Source of the DNA: Pseudogymnoascus verrucosus
Taxonomy: Eukaryota
DNA: 64,000 bases
Strand: one strand, 5' to 3'
Assembly: GCA_001662655.1 (NCBI GenBank)
Contig: KV460228.1
The notes under the pieces are model-generated. The model saw only the letters and a program-made list of their open reading frames with translations. It did no database searches and was not told the DNA's origin. This document shows, piece after piece, positions 39,184 through 52,100 of the stretch. Position numbers and translations under genes: made by a program. Positions within the stretch are counted from its first letter, which is position 1, and every line of letters begins with the position of its first letter.

Positions 39184-41510
39184 ATGAAGTCCTTCTCCTT
39201 CGTCCGCGACGTCGTCGTTGCCTGCGGCGTGCTGCAGTCCGTCGTCCATGGCGCAACTGTAGCACTCCAGGTCGACCTCCCCATCTCCGCCAGCACCCCG
39301 GATGTCGAATCAGACATCTCTGCCGTGTACTACTCCTCCCACCCACTTCTCTTCGGCAACGATGGATCAGCAGCAACAGGTGGCTATCACGCCTGGTCCC
39401 TCGACAGCAATGCCGCGATCCTGCCTGAGGTTTCGGCCAAGACGGGCGGCAGGTCGAAGCTCGTGGTGCCTGTGTATGGTGTCGGGAAGAAGGATTTGAT
39501 TATCACGATCGCGATGCCAGATAGTGTCTTGCGTGTCTTCGATGCTGGGAACAAGGGAGCCCAGTTGGCCGAGAAGAAGAACATTGGGGATTGGTCGGCG
39601 TTGTGCCCATGGAAGAGTGCTGAGAGTGGGAACCAGTACTTTTATATGTTTGGCAAGAAGCAGGCTATTCAGTACCTGGTTAGGCAGAGGGAGAAGAAGT
39701 TTGAGGTTGTTGAGGTAGGTTTATGGTTCTGGCCAGGAAGAAGAATCTTGCTAATTGGGACTAGATTCAAACCTTTGATCTGCCTGTGGAGGCTTCGGCT
39801 TGTGCTGTGTCTTCGAAGTCTGGCCTTGTCTATTTCAGTGGCGACGACAGCAAGGATGTGTACGCATTCAAAACTGCAGAGAGCACTGCCGCTGCCACTA
39901 TCAGTGTTATTGGAGAGGCCAGTGATGATGTGACTGGGCTCGCCATTTATGTTGGCAAATCGTCCGATTACCTTTTCGTTGCTCAAACAGACGTTGTTGG
40001 TGTATACTCAACCAAGTTCAAGGCTATAGGCTCTATGAAGATCACCGGTGTCGAGGATGCCGAAATTCAAGGCCTGTCGGTATATCAAGGAAAGACAAAG
40101 AAATACCCCGCGGGCGTTTTGGCATTCGCAATCGAACATGAGGAAGGAAAGGGCTTCGCCATCGGTTCCCTCCAATCTGCTTTCAAATCACTGAAATTAG
40201 ATGTCAACACTAACTACAACCCGAGCGCTAAGACCGATGATAAAGAGACCATCTGCGACGACTGCAACGATAATGGCTTTTGCGTCAAATCGCCTCGCAG
40301 GTCGTCTAGCAAGACCTGCTCCTGCTTCGCTGGCTTCACAGGAAAATCTTGCAAATCAGTCACCTGCACCGATAACTGCTCTGGCCACGGAAAATGCGTC
40401 GGAGCCAATGAATGCCGCTGCGACGCCGGCTGGGGTGGTCTGCACTGCTCATTCCTGCTTGTTGCGCCAAAGATCGAGACCGAGGCCAATGGCGGCGATG
40501 GTGACGATCCAGCTATCTGGATCTCTCCCATCTCCCCCGACCAGTCCCGCATTGTCACAACCACAAAATCCGAATTGGGTGCTGGTCTCGCAGTATTCAA
40601 CCTCGAGGGTAAAATCCTCCAGACCCTCCCAGCAGGCGAGCCTAACAACATCGACATGATCTACGGCTTCGAGCTTGGCAACAACCGCACCGTTGATCTC
40701 GCCTACGCCGCTTGCAGAAAGGAAAACACTCTGTGCCTCTTCGAAATGAGCGCCAATGGCACCCTCTCCAACATTTCCGGCGGCGAGCAGCCCGTCGTCG
40801 ACGACTACGACGTCTATGGCTCTTGCTCCTACCGCTCCCCCAAAACGGGAGTTCAGTACCTCTTTGTCAACAACAAGAAGGCAGTGTACCTTCAGTACGC
40901 CCTAACCTCCTCTTCTAACGGAACCCTCTCCACCACCCTTGTCAGGCAGTTTATCGCTGGCTCAGGTGGCCAAGTCGAGGGTTGCGTCACTGATGAAGAG
41001 AACGGTTTCCTCTTTGTCGGCGAGGAGCCCGAGGGTCTCTGGAGATACGACGCCGAGCCCGACGTCGCCGCACCCAAGGGCGTCAAGGTCGCCAGCGTAG
41101 CCACTTACCCTAACCACAAATCCGGGGACCTCTACTCCGACGTCGAGGGCGTGACGCTTGTCCCTGGGAAGACGGCCACTGAGGGCTTCCTCATGGTCAG
41201 CTGCCAGGGCGTGTCGGCCTATAATGTGTATGAGCGCGCGCCGCCGCATGCGTTCGTGCAGACATTCACTATTACCGACTCCACCGATGGGAGCGTGGAT
41301 CATGTCACTAACACGGATGGTATTGCGGTTGTTGGGAACAGACTTAATGCGGCGTTCCCTGCTGGATTAGTTGTGGTGCATGATGATGCTAATGAGTTGA
41401 AGGGAGGGGGAACGAGCGAGGAGGCGAGCTTTAAGCTGGTTAGTTTGGCGGATGTTTTGAAGGGGGGGTTGTTGGATAAGGTGGATAAGGAGTGGAATCC
41501 CAGGGCTTGA
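39184..41510 (+). CDS. Secreted beta-propeller (alkaline) 3-phytase with central EGF-like repeats
   Basis: Signal peptide; intron ~39715-39764; CSCFAGFTGKSC and CSGHGKC..CRCDAGWGGLHC; GDGDDPAIW, PNNID, QVEGCVTD, DVEGVTL and TDGI phytase motifs. Confidence 0.92.
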
Positions 41511-42080
41511 TAGTATGGTACAGGATGGCCATAGGGGAATTTGTGATAATATCTTTTTGGATTAGAGTTGAGGCCTGCCTTATTTGAAAGGCCTCAATTT
41601 ATGTAGCAGAGCGCTGAACGCCATATACTAAGGTAACACCGCCCTTTACTAATTTTACAAAAATAACAAAATCTAACAAATTCTCTGACTCTAACCTGCC
41701 TCAGAACCCCCTCAAAGCTGTCTTGCCCCTATCATTCTGTTGTCTTAGTCTGTTACAAAAGATGCAAGACAGTCAGCTAGGCTGAACTTGGCTAGTGCTC
41801 AGCGATTGCGCGATGAGAACGCGCTAGCAGCCCGTCTGGAGCAATTTCCGCTATTCTCTAACGTTGGACTTCGTCGATCAAATTGGGTCGGAGGTTATCC
41901 TGCTGAGCACGAATAGACCGCTCGCACTGTACGATTCTATTCCGCGAAGTAGAAGCAGATCGTAGGTGATATTGCTCGCAATCCGCAATGATTTTGGTCA
42001 CGACATTTGCCCTTCCCAATCTATCAACATTGTTGCCGCTGTTGTACAGAACCTTTATTATCGGTCAACTCCCTTCATCT

Positions 42081-42926
42081 CTACCCCTTAACCCATACCG
42101 CACCCGCAAATCTATCCGACGGCTGCGCCGCATTCGGAGCAGGAACATCCTTCCTTAAAAAGCAGTTTCCATCCGTATTCCCAATTGCCAATGTGAGATT
42201 CCCAATCCACACTATGACGCCGCAAGGGTTCAGGGGATTGGCATCGCTTTGCTTTGCGCACGCATCCATACACTGATCGATGGTCCTGGTCCTGGTCTTG
42301 ACGAGGTCGTTACCAGTGTAGTTGACATCGCAATTGATTAGGTAGGTATAGTTACTCGATGAGCCTGAAGGGACCGTGCTGTATTTTGTGGAATTGATCG
42401 CAGGGCAGTCGAGAGGTAAGAGGCCGGTGGTTGGGAAAGGTTCTGCTGGAGTGATCGATGATGTGGGCGTGCTACTGCTGGTAGGCGTACTGCTGCTGGT
42501 TGGAGTACTGTTGCTGGTTGGGGTGGCGGGAGAAGTGGAAGAAGGGCTAAAAGTTAAAGTCAGCGTATGCTAGATGGTATAACTCAAGAGCTCCAGCCCG
42601 ATTGGCACCAACCTTTGAGTATCCTTCGACTTATTGGCGTTTTTCGCAGCTATGGAGCCCCCAACGCCTCCGCCAACAGCAGCAGCCACAATCACGATGG
42701 CCACAAGAACTAAAATCCAGAATGTTCGTTTCGCCAGCCCACATATCCTTCCATCTCGTACTGCACTGCGCTCCTCACCCACGGTATACTCCTTAGGATA
42801 CGGTACTGGTGGCTTTGTGGACTCGACTGGCTTGATATAGTGCTCTAAGCCTTGACTATCCGTATTGACGAGTAAACCGTCCCTTTCGACGGCGACTTGT
42901 AAACCCTCGCTATCTGGATAGGCCAT
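42081..42926 (-). CDS. Type II single-pass membrane protein with S/T stalk and Cys-rich PAN/apple-like C-terminal domain
   Basis: ICGLAKRTFWILVLVAIVIVAAAVGGGVGG TM; intron ~42611-42547; PTSSST repeats; CPAIN..CDVNYTGND..IDQCMDAC..CGVIVW..NCFLR. Confidence 0.75.
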
Positions 42927-43804
42927 GGTGGCTATAATTCGTGAAAAAAATCGACAAATGGCATTGATTGTTAGAGATAGCGAACGGGCTCCGATTAATA
43001 CCAAAGAGGAGAACACGGCTGGGAGATGGGCTTATGAAGGATCAACTCAGCCGCGGCTAAGTATGCGCTAGGTATGCGAGTGAGGGGACCGACCGTCAGC
43101 ACAGCCGTTGCTCCCACCCAATCAGCCAAGCATTGCTTATTTCCAGGGCTATTTATGGACCTTCCTGTAGTGTAACGGAAATAATGGGTCATGACTAGAT
43201 CTGGGCAATCATTTACTCGAAAAGGTGGAGCATAATTGGACAGCAGGATATTTCACATCAACAGGAAGTTTACTATATCGTAGCGTTAAGGTAGTATAAA
43301 TAAAGTGGCCTAGCAAGGACAATCAATTCGATCAGACTTGGTGATGGCGGACCTTACCAATGGTCCGTCCCGCTGTCTGGGGTCTGGGATGCTGAGACCC
43401 CTTGGCCGCGATAAGGCTTAGCGGCGATTAGGCTACCAACCACTGGTCCTGACCTGCCCACCAGCCTGGTTAGGACGACCTTCCCGAACTGCTGAACTAA
43501 TAACAACATAATTGCAATCAGATTTAATTGGGATCATTGACAGCTGGCACAGAATTGTAGCATTAATGGTTTGTCCACCGCTTCCTGTGGTGATTTGTAT
43601 TGACGAACTACCAACTAGCATTTCTTGGCAAGCCTCGTGACGCGCACAAGTTCAACCTCAATCGTACTCAGAAGTAACACCAACAGGCTTCTCCAGCGTG
43701 TCTCGCCTTTGTTTGGAGTTTCCATAAGACGGCATCATATCGACTGTGACGGAGGTATCAGATTTAACAGTGATATCCACAGATCTGCTGCAAGGTTAAA
43801 AAAC

Positions 43805-44991
43805 ATGTCGAGATGGCAAGATTCTGTCACGCTCGAGGTCCAAGGCCCTCACAAGGAAGACGACGATGGCCACAAGGAGGCGCTACTCAGTCAACTGCAA
43901 AATGCACGAAAGGATATCCAATCTCTAAAAATCGACGATGATACGCCTTCTGACACAGAATGGAGACTTATAAGCGACCATTTCAGTGACGTCCAGAATC
44001 TAGAAATGGAAGCTGACTTCAATGAAGAGTTGAATGACGGGCCCATCCCAACAAATTGGCCGCTTGAACGCTTATTAGTCAGCTCTTCATGCGGCGAGAG
44101 GTTTCGCAGCCCCGTCATACTAGAAGGACGAGTTAAGCACCTCATCCTTCTCCTCACTTCAGGATTGCGTTTCGAAGGGCCGACATCGAATGAACTTTCA
44201 AGCGCAAACAAGGAAGCTATTGAGCGAGGCGAGGCGGAGGCGAATTACATTACAGTGCGTGAGGGCACGCCAGAAGAACACAAAGTCGAAATTGTGTCGT
44301 TGCCTAGTCTTGCTTTCGACTGGCTAAAAGACAAATACACCAACCCCGGCCGTTCGTCTGATCCGGAAACTCCAGTTCCAGAGCTCGTCTACATGGAGAT
44401 CCTGGAGATTCTCGAGAACGACGCCCTTGACACCTTCACGCGCATGACCCTTGCCCTACCGTACATTGTGGGGAACTTGAAGACGCTGAATCTTCGCTCG
44501 TCGAACGGACACGACTTCCAGCTCACCCCGAAGGAGATGTTCCACGAGATTCTGCCCCAGCTTACCGAGCTCAAAACATTTGTGTTCACCGTGGGCGACA
44601 TATTCGATGAGGCCGATTTCCTCCCTCTGTTTTATAAGCAGTTCCCCCCAACATTTCCACGCTTCGCTTCCGCGGTTCAGTCTCCCTCGCCAAATCAGAG
44701 CATTGGAACAAATGGCTCGAGGCTTTCGCAAACCCGGAGTACCTCCCCAACCTCACAAGGCTGAGCTTCGTGCTCGATCTTGCATATGATGATAAGGAGG
44801 AAGGCGGGGGGGAAGGCGGGAGGAAGAGGCGACCAACGGAGGAGGAGCTGAAGGAGAGTAAAAAGGCTTGTAGGGAGTTGTTTGAGAGAATGGAGAGCCG
44901 GGAGATAGCTATTGAGGCTTTCCACGATGAATGGGCCGAGGAATCTGTATCCTTTGATAAAGTGGATGAGCGCTGGGAGGAAATTGAGTAA
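43805..44991 (+). CDS. Conserved-looking fungal hypothetical protein (LRR/RNI-like strands) with one apparent frameshift
   Basis: Open from MSRWQDS; LKTLNL and LTELKTFVF repeats. Adding one C to the C6 run at 44644-44649 continues into NISTLRFRG..LPNLTRLSFVLDL..WEEIE*. Confidence 0.65.
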
Positions 44992-45195
44992 TGGGCGGTG
45001 AGGTCGTGGTTGTAGTTGTAGTTGAACAGCGCAGGTCGTTAATATGAGAAACTCGCCACCCTTGAAGCAAGTCTGAACCAGCACCGATTCGAGTGAAGTA
45101 AGCAAGACCTCTCAACATCGGCTCTAGTATCCGCACGCGATAGCTCAGTAGTATTGTATTTGATGATTGCTCGAGACCGAGGCATCATCCGGAGC

Positions 45196-46517
45196 CTACA
45201 AAGCCTTGAGCACATCTGCACCATCACGAAGACCTCCATCAACAAAGACTTCAATACTGCTGAGAACTTCGCGGTAATAGGTACGGATCTCTAGAAGAGT
45301 TAGGAGGGAACTCGGAGATCCATGGCTCTGTCTTCCTCTGTGATTGCTCAGGAGAACACCTTGGCATCCATATGCAGCAGCTAATTTGGCATCCGCTGCG
45401 GACTGGATTCCTTTGAGAACGATGGGCCCAGCCCATTCTTCTCTGATCCACTTCAAATCTTTCCATGTCAGGCTAGAGCTTAACTGTCCTGGCACTGCCC
45501 TACCTCCAAACGCTGGCGCGAAGCTGTTCTCACCTCACGCTTCTTTGACAATAGGTTTGGCTTCTTCTTCGACGCCCAATTCCAGGGCTTCTTGTGCTTG
45601 AAGGTACCGCGGTGCGTTTACCAAGCACAGGAGCGTCAACAGTAATCCACAGGCCCTTATAACCTGCCCTTTTCACCTTCTGAATGAGAGCCTTGGCTCG
45701 ATTTCGATCGGTGGAGATGTAGAGCAGGAAGTATAATTGTGCAGGAGCGGCGACACTACGCCCTTTCTGTTGGTCCACAAGAGTCTGCATGATTTCCTCG
45801 GCTGGCTTGGACGAAGCTGTGCTGATCACAGTGTGCACCCCTTTAGGTGTGACTCCCTTCACCAAGCCAAATTCTGCAGACGAGTGAGCCGAGCCCAAGG
45901 TTCCCATGGATGATACAAAAAATGATATTGTGAGGCATGGCCAAGGATGGACCTTCGCATGTCGATGGTCTCCACGTCTCATAGAACACGTGGGCGGAAA
46001 GATATGAGGGACCAATCATCCAGATTACGTCTCATGGATTGGCCCGAGTTAGCGGTGGCAGAGGCGTAAACCCAAGACTTGTTGGAGAGGATAGCCTTGG
46101 CCGGCGCTTCAAAGTCCGAGACTCTTACACAGAGAGATAAATGAGGAGGTGTATTGTCCTCACCAGTTGGGACCGACTGGGTCGAGGTTGACTTAGCCAG
46201 TGCCATATCCTTTGCCGTATTTGGATCCAGAGGACCTAAATGGCTGCCAGCTGGGAGCTGCTCTACGTAGTCTGGGGAATGGTACATACGCCGCCGTTGC
46301 ATCCTGGCGATAAATTTATCAATATGAACTAACGAAAAGCAAAGGAAGGGTGGCAGTGGAACCACGTGTGACATACGGTGCCTGCATTCCTCAGCAGGAT
46401 ATTAGCGCCTCCGGGGTGCTGAGAGAGAAACGCCGTGATATCGTATACTTGGAGACCGATAACGATCCAACATGACTCCTTTGACGAGTGGACCGCCACT
46501 TCAGCGCCGGTTAACAT
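45196..46517 (-). pseudogene. Flavocytochrome b2-like (cyt b5 + FMN-dependent 2-hydroxy-acid dehydrogenase) pseudogene
   Basis: CWIVI..VYDITAFLSQHPGG heme domain, FRPRVL, ITVDAPVLGKR, IVLKGIQ, SNHRGRQ (canonical SNHGGRQ) and DGGLRDGADVLKAL. Stops at 45979, 45535 and 45196; frameshifts near 46285, 45920 and 45610; C-terminus truncated. Confidence 0.88.
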
Positions 46518-46785
46518 TGTTGCTTCATGGGCCGGTCTTCACAGGCCAAGGTGTTTGGAGGAGACAATTGCGTAAGGAAAAGCGACCCCGAACGGGCGGT
46601 TTATATCATCTTCCACATCCCGTCCCAGTAAAATGCCGGCCAAAGAAAGGTGGGCCCAGCAAGTGTTGTAGGAATTATTTACACTAACCGATCGTGGTTA
46701 CTAGTAGATGTTAGACCTCATAGTCGGTAAGTCTAGCTCGTGCTGGTCTAGCTTGTTGTCTCGTCACCCTTTTTTTGGTGTTCTT

Positions 46786-46814
46786 TCGCCTCGCATCGCC
46801 TCGCGTCGCCTCGC
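46786..46814 (+). promoter_or_regulatory. (TCGCS)n element in the cyb2-like/transporter divergent promoter
   Basis: TCGCC TCGCA TCGCC TCGCG TCGCC TCGC; 46794-46808 matches the reverse complement of 55633-55647 exactly. Confidence 0.6.
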
Positions 46815-47129
46815 TATCTTCATCCCCACTCCCTTCCGCGCGCCTCCTGACCACATGGCGGCGTCTACCCCATACTCCGGACTCCAGACTCCATACTCCA
46901 TACCCCATATCCCGGGTTTGGGCTCCTGACTGCAGACTCGGCACTCCACAATTCAAATCTAGTATGTCTGTGCATTTTGACTGCTGGTTACAAATGCCGT
47001 CGATTCCTGCATCTGAAAATCCCAGCTTGAACCACTCGACTATGAATTTTCAATCTTGAGAATTACCATTATCAACACTGCTGTACCATCATCTCTTCCA
47101 CCCTTCAGTGTTTTTGTACGTTGTTCATC

Positions 47130-49230
47130 ATGGGTGGCTTTCGTGCTGCTGAAGATAGGCCTACGCCCAAAGAGGTTTATAACTGGCGCCTCTATACCGA
47201 AGCCATCATTATTGCTACTGGATCTCTACTGTGAGTTCGACACATTCTCCACTCCTCCACTTACTGATGACCTCATCTTACAGATTTGGCTATGACTCTG
47301 CATTCATTGGAACCACTATCTCCCGCACTAGTTTCAAGAATGACTTCGGCATAACTGCTGCCACAGCCAACTCTATATCCAGTAACATCACCTCTGCCTT
47401 CCAAGCTGGCGCCTTTTTCGGTGCTCTTTTTTGTTTCTTCAGTAAGTCCTATTCAAATTCACGTTCGCTATAATCCCTAATCCTCTTTCTCTTTTAGTTA
47501 CCGAGCGTCTTGGCCGGAAATGGGCTCTCCAAATCAACGTCGTCGTCTTCATTATCGGCTCAATTTTGATGACCGCTGCAACTAACCAGCTCTCGTTCAT
47601 ATGTAAGCCCCCCTGACACCCTCAATTAGCAAGTATTTACTAATGATTAACGTAGATGTGGGACGGGTTCTCACAGGACTGGGTTGCGGTGCTATCACGG
47701 CGACTGTCCCCAGTTACATTGCCGAGCTATCCATTCCATCCATCCGAGGAATGCTCACTGGCTTATTTGAAGTTGCTTACCAGATTGGTTCCGTCATTGG
47801 CTTCTGGATCAATTATGGAATTACTCAAAACATGTCATCCAGCTCGCCGAACAGCTGGAGAATCCCGATGGCTTTTCAGCTTGTCCCATCAGTTGTGCTT
47901 CTCATAGGAGGATTTTTCCTACATGAAAGTCCTCTCTGGCTCATGCGCAAGGATAAGCTCGAACAGGCTCACAAGTCTCTGGTGGATTTGAGAAAGCTGC
48001 CTCTGGAGGATCCTTGTAAGTCTTACCAGGTTTCAACTGTAGCTAAAATTAATGTCTGTAGATATTCAAGAGGAGCTTTCTGCCATTCGCTCAAGACTTC
48101 TGGAAGAGGCAGCCGTTTCGGGCAAGTACGGGACCGGTGCCTGGGCATTTTTCAGGGGTGCCATGGATGAGTTCTCCCAGAAGGGTATGAGAAATCGGCT
48201 CTTTCTCGTCTTCTGCGCTTTCTCTCTGGCAAATCTCTCTGGTGCATCAGGTATGTTTGACTTTCAGTTCTCTTTCAGATAAATAATCTGGATACTAATA
48301 TCTAGTTAGCGATTAATTACTACTCTCCAACGCTATTCGGATCCCTAGGAATTACTGATGTTGCACTTTATACTGGCATCTATGGTCTGGTCAAAGGTTT
48401 ATATCCAATCCATTTAAACCCATGCAAATTTCTAATATAAATACTAGCCATTGCTTCGATTATATTTTACGTCGGGCTTATTGACAAGCTTGGACGACGT
48501 CGCCCTGTTATTATTTCATGTTTTGTCTGCTCACTCTGTTTGTGGATTGTGGGTTCTTATGTCAAAATCGGCCACCCAGCTTCTATTATCAAAGAAGGAG
48601 GTGTATTGTCTGCATCTACGGCTGCCGGCGGCAAAGCCGCGACAGGAATGATTATGATCTATGCCTTCTTGTAGGTTCAAGTGGGCCATCCCATTCTCCA
48701 AACTTGATTGCTAATCATGAGCCTAGCTGGTCCTTCGGTTTGAATGGTATCCCATGGATCGTTTCCGCCGAAATCTTTCCTGGTGCTCTTCGAAACTTAT
48801 CTGGAACCTATACTGCTCTTGTGCAATGGTAAGTGAAGCTCAAGTTAAGCCGTGCGAACTTGAAGGAGAAGCTAACAATTTTTTGTTTTGCAGGGCTACC
48901 CAATTTGCTATCACCAAGGCCTTACCCTATATTTTTAGTTCCTTTGGCTTTGGCACCTGGTATTTCTTTGCCGCCTGGATGCTAATTGGCACGGCATGGG
49001 CATTCTTCCTCCTGCCCGAGACCAAGGGTCTTACGATCGACCAGATGGACCTGATTTTGTATGTCTTTCTCCGATCCCTTTCTGCAAAAAACTTACTAAC
49101 TTTTCGCAGCGGTTATCATAGTAGCGAACGCGTCGGGATACCACATACCTCGATCAGCCGCCGCTATACCAACATGAACCAAGACAAGGCAGGTGTAGAA
49201 GAGACTGAGAATGTTGATGAGAAGGTTTAA
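47130..49230 (+). CDS. MFS sugar-porter transporter, quinate permease (QutD/Qa-y)/sugar-acid type
   Basis: MGGFRAAEDRPTPKEVYNWRLY, FGYDSAFIG, ERLGRK, PSYIAELS..IRG, ESPLWL, DKLGRR, PWIVSAEIFP and PETKG; about 9 introns. Confidence 0.9.
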
Positions 49231-49909
49231 GAAATGATACTCCAGTGAGAGTTTTAGGGCAAAATTATATAGCTTCTACCTAATGCTCATATTTAACGCA
49301 ATATACTTTTCTAATATGTGGAATGAGACCCTTTGCCAAGTTACTACGAGATTTTTAAATAGGCTAATGACGAAAACTTTGAAGTTGTAGGCCCATATTG
49401 TGGTACTATCAATGTAGTATGGCGAGGGCAACAAGGGAATGGTTTTGTTTTATTATACGCAGCAAATGTTGAGTTTATTATTAAGTCAAGCTTATCATGC
49501 CGCAATAGCCATTCCTGGGGCATACTCTCTCTGATGTGCTCAACTCCCTACACCTACTTCCTCTACCAACGACATTAGTAGTTTGGGGTGTCTGTCTTAT
49601 CAGCGTAACGTCTTCCACTACAATGGTGCCGCTAGATATTGGCCTACGATCACATCCCTAATCCTGTCGCTTCATGAGTCCGTAATTGTGAGGCTGAATT
49701 CCCCGCTAAATTCTACGTAATACCTAACAACGCAAATAAATCCAATTTATGCGCTTCGCTCCCCATTCACGACATTGAGGAGTATCTGCGTGATTGATGC
49801 ACCTGAGTCGCCACCAAGAAAAATACCCAGACCTGTAGTGACGAGGATAGAACCGTTGGCAGTGAGCGACGCGACCACAAGGGACTCGATGAATACCCCG
49901 CACAGTGGC

Positions 49910-49929
49910 TCGCGTCGCGTCGCGTCGCC
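49910..49929 (+). promoter_or_regulatory. (TCGCG)3TCGCC element upstream of the aldolase
   Basis: TCGCGTCGCGTCGCGTCGCC, with an inverted GCGACGCGA at 49866. Confidence 0.55.
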
Positions 49930-50378
49930 CTGGGGAAAACTTCCCCGCACTATGTACCCCGCACCCCTCTCCCCCCTCATCCCTATGGATGATCATGACT
50001 ACCTATTACCATTTTAACAAAACGCGACCGCCAGTTAAAACTTCATATTTACGGTTTTTCACCAAAATTGCCTGCTAAAAGTGGATATCTACGAACTTCA
50101 AAGTAGCAGGTCACTGCGATCATTCACGAGGGATGGTGGGGGGTGGGGGTGGGGGTGGGGGGACACCCAACATGTAGGTGTGAAAGAAAGGGCTGACGAG
50201 AGACGACTACGTATGGTCTGAATTATCGTTTAATACTCACCTGCAATCATTAAAGCTGAACTATTTCATATTCTCTCCTGGCTCACTTCTGACTCTTCAT
50301 CATCACTTTCATACATACGAAGACCAATTAGTTTTATATCAACTGTACTAAGATATCTTGCTTTCAATAACGAACATC

Positions 50379-51542
50379 ATGGCAGTCTCTAAACTCAACG
50401 GAACGAATGGAACAGATGCACAGGCCGTAGGCAAAGCGTTTCCTCCTGGAGTCCATGTCCCCAGCTTGACATGGTTTGCCGACAACAAGACTCAAGAGAT
50501 TGATTGGGAAGTGCAAACAAGGCACATCCGCTTTCTAATTGAGTCAGGATTACACGGCAGTATGTTCTCTGCGCTGAGTAAACTCTGGGGACTTGAAATC
50601 TGACTTCTTACAGTTGTCATCGCCGGTACCAATGGAGAGGCGGTAACGCTCAGCTCCTCCGAGAAAGCTCAACTTATTAAGACAACACGCGACCAAGCTA
50701 TTGAGTTGGGTCGACCGGAACTGCCTATCACTGTTGGATGTGGTGGAGGATCGACAAGACAAGTGATTGAGGATACACAACTGGCAAAAGATTCTGGCGC
50801 TGATTTTGCACTCGTCTTGGTGCCGAGTTATTTCCACTTTGCCATGAACGAAGATGCGATCGTGGGATTCTTTGAGGAAGTATGTAGCCGGTCATATGTG
50901 TCTGACTCCATTTACTGACTGCGTTAATTTGTAGCTTGCCGACGCGAGTCCTATTCCTGTACTCATCTACAATTTCCCGGGAGTCGCAGCTGGCCTCGAT
51001 GTCAACTCGGAGATGCTATCAAAGCTAGGCGAACATCCCAATATCGTGGGAGTCAAGTTGACATGTGGTGGTATTGCTAAAGTTTCTCGGATACGAAACC
51101 AATTCTCTCCAGAACAGTTCTGTGCACTGGCTGGTCAAAGTGACTGGTTGTTGCCAGCAGTCTCTGTCGGTGGCATTGGAACCATTACAGGTCTTGCCAA
51201 CATCTACCCTAGAGTAAGTTTCATCTGGTTTCGAGCCCAATATTACTTCCACTAAACCTCATACCTGTCTAGACCTGCATAGAACTCTATAATCTATCAA
51301 TTGAAGGCACAACTCAAAAGGCTACGAAGGCCCAAAACGAACTGGCCGCGGTTGAGTGGGGCTTTGCAAAAGGCGGCATCAACGGCACTAAATGGGTAGT
51401 AGCTCAGTACCTTGGGTATCCAGAGAGTAGTTGTCACACGCGCAGACCATATCCACGATTCAGCGACGCCAAGAAGCAGGCTTGGATCACAGAGATTATG
51501 AAGCCCCTCGAAGAGCGGGAAAAGACACTTGCTAACTGTTGA
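50379..51542 (+). CDS. DHDPS/NAL-family class I aldolase (2-keto-3-deoxy sugar-acid or HOGA-like)
   Basis: PPGVHVPSLTWF, AGTNGE pyruvate-binding loop, LIYNFPGV (catalytic Tyr), IVGVKLTC (Schiff-base Lys), AGQSD and GTITGLAN; three introns. Confidence 0.9.
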
Positions 51543-52100
51543 GATTTCACTCCGTGCTCGGCGAAAAGAGGGGCGCCATGGCTACCGCCACTAGTCGCCA
51601 TCCCTCGGCACTCCTACTCTGGGTCTGGCCCAGGGACAGCAGCTGTAGCATATAGAACAGTTAAAGTGTTAGAATAGCTACCTTAACATAGAATATAATA
51701 TGACTTGATTCGGAGAATACCGTCTCCAATATGGTTCTATTTCTACTTTCTATTCTCCATCGCTACGTTGAATAATCTGGGGTAGGTACTTACCCCGCAT
51801 TACTTATACCATACAAATTTGCTGGTGCCAGCAGTTTGCCAAGAGTACCGCTCGTCGACAAACATTTGCGTAGTATGTCTTAGCGAGCAGCCGTACGTAC
51901 ACTGGAACATTCAACGCTAGATGACAGTAACTTATGCGCAAGAACCTCTGGATCCTGTGCTGATTTAAAACGTCCCAAAGGAGACGAAATCAGCTTTGAC
52001 GTGTCCAGCAATGGATCTGACATTGGTTTCTAATATACTTTTTAATATACGGTATATTACTTAACCATCTCTCGTCATACACCCCGGTGTTGACGCTGGT

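Noticed and set aside
41568..41597. 9-bp inverted repeat TTGAGGCCT..AGGCCTCAA after the phytase stop
   Set aside because: The stem is short enough to arise by chance, and bacterial-type terminators do not apply here.
46868..46912. 7-bp ACTCCAT-like repeat in the permease promoter
   Set aside because: It is not shared with the other cluster promoters, so I treat it as a simple repeat.
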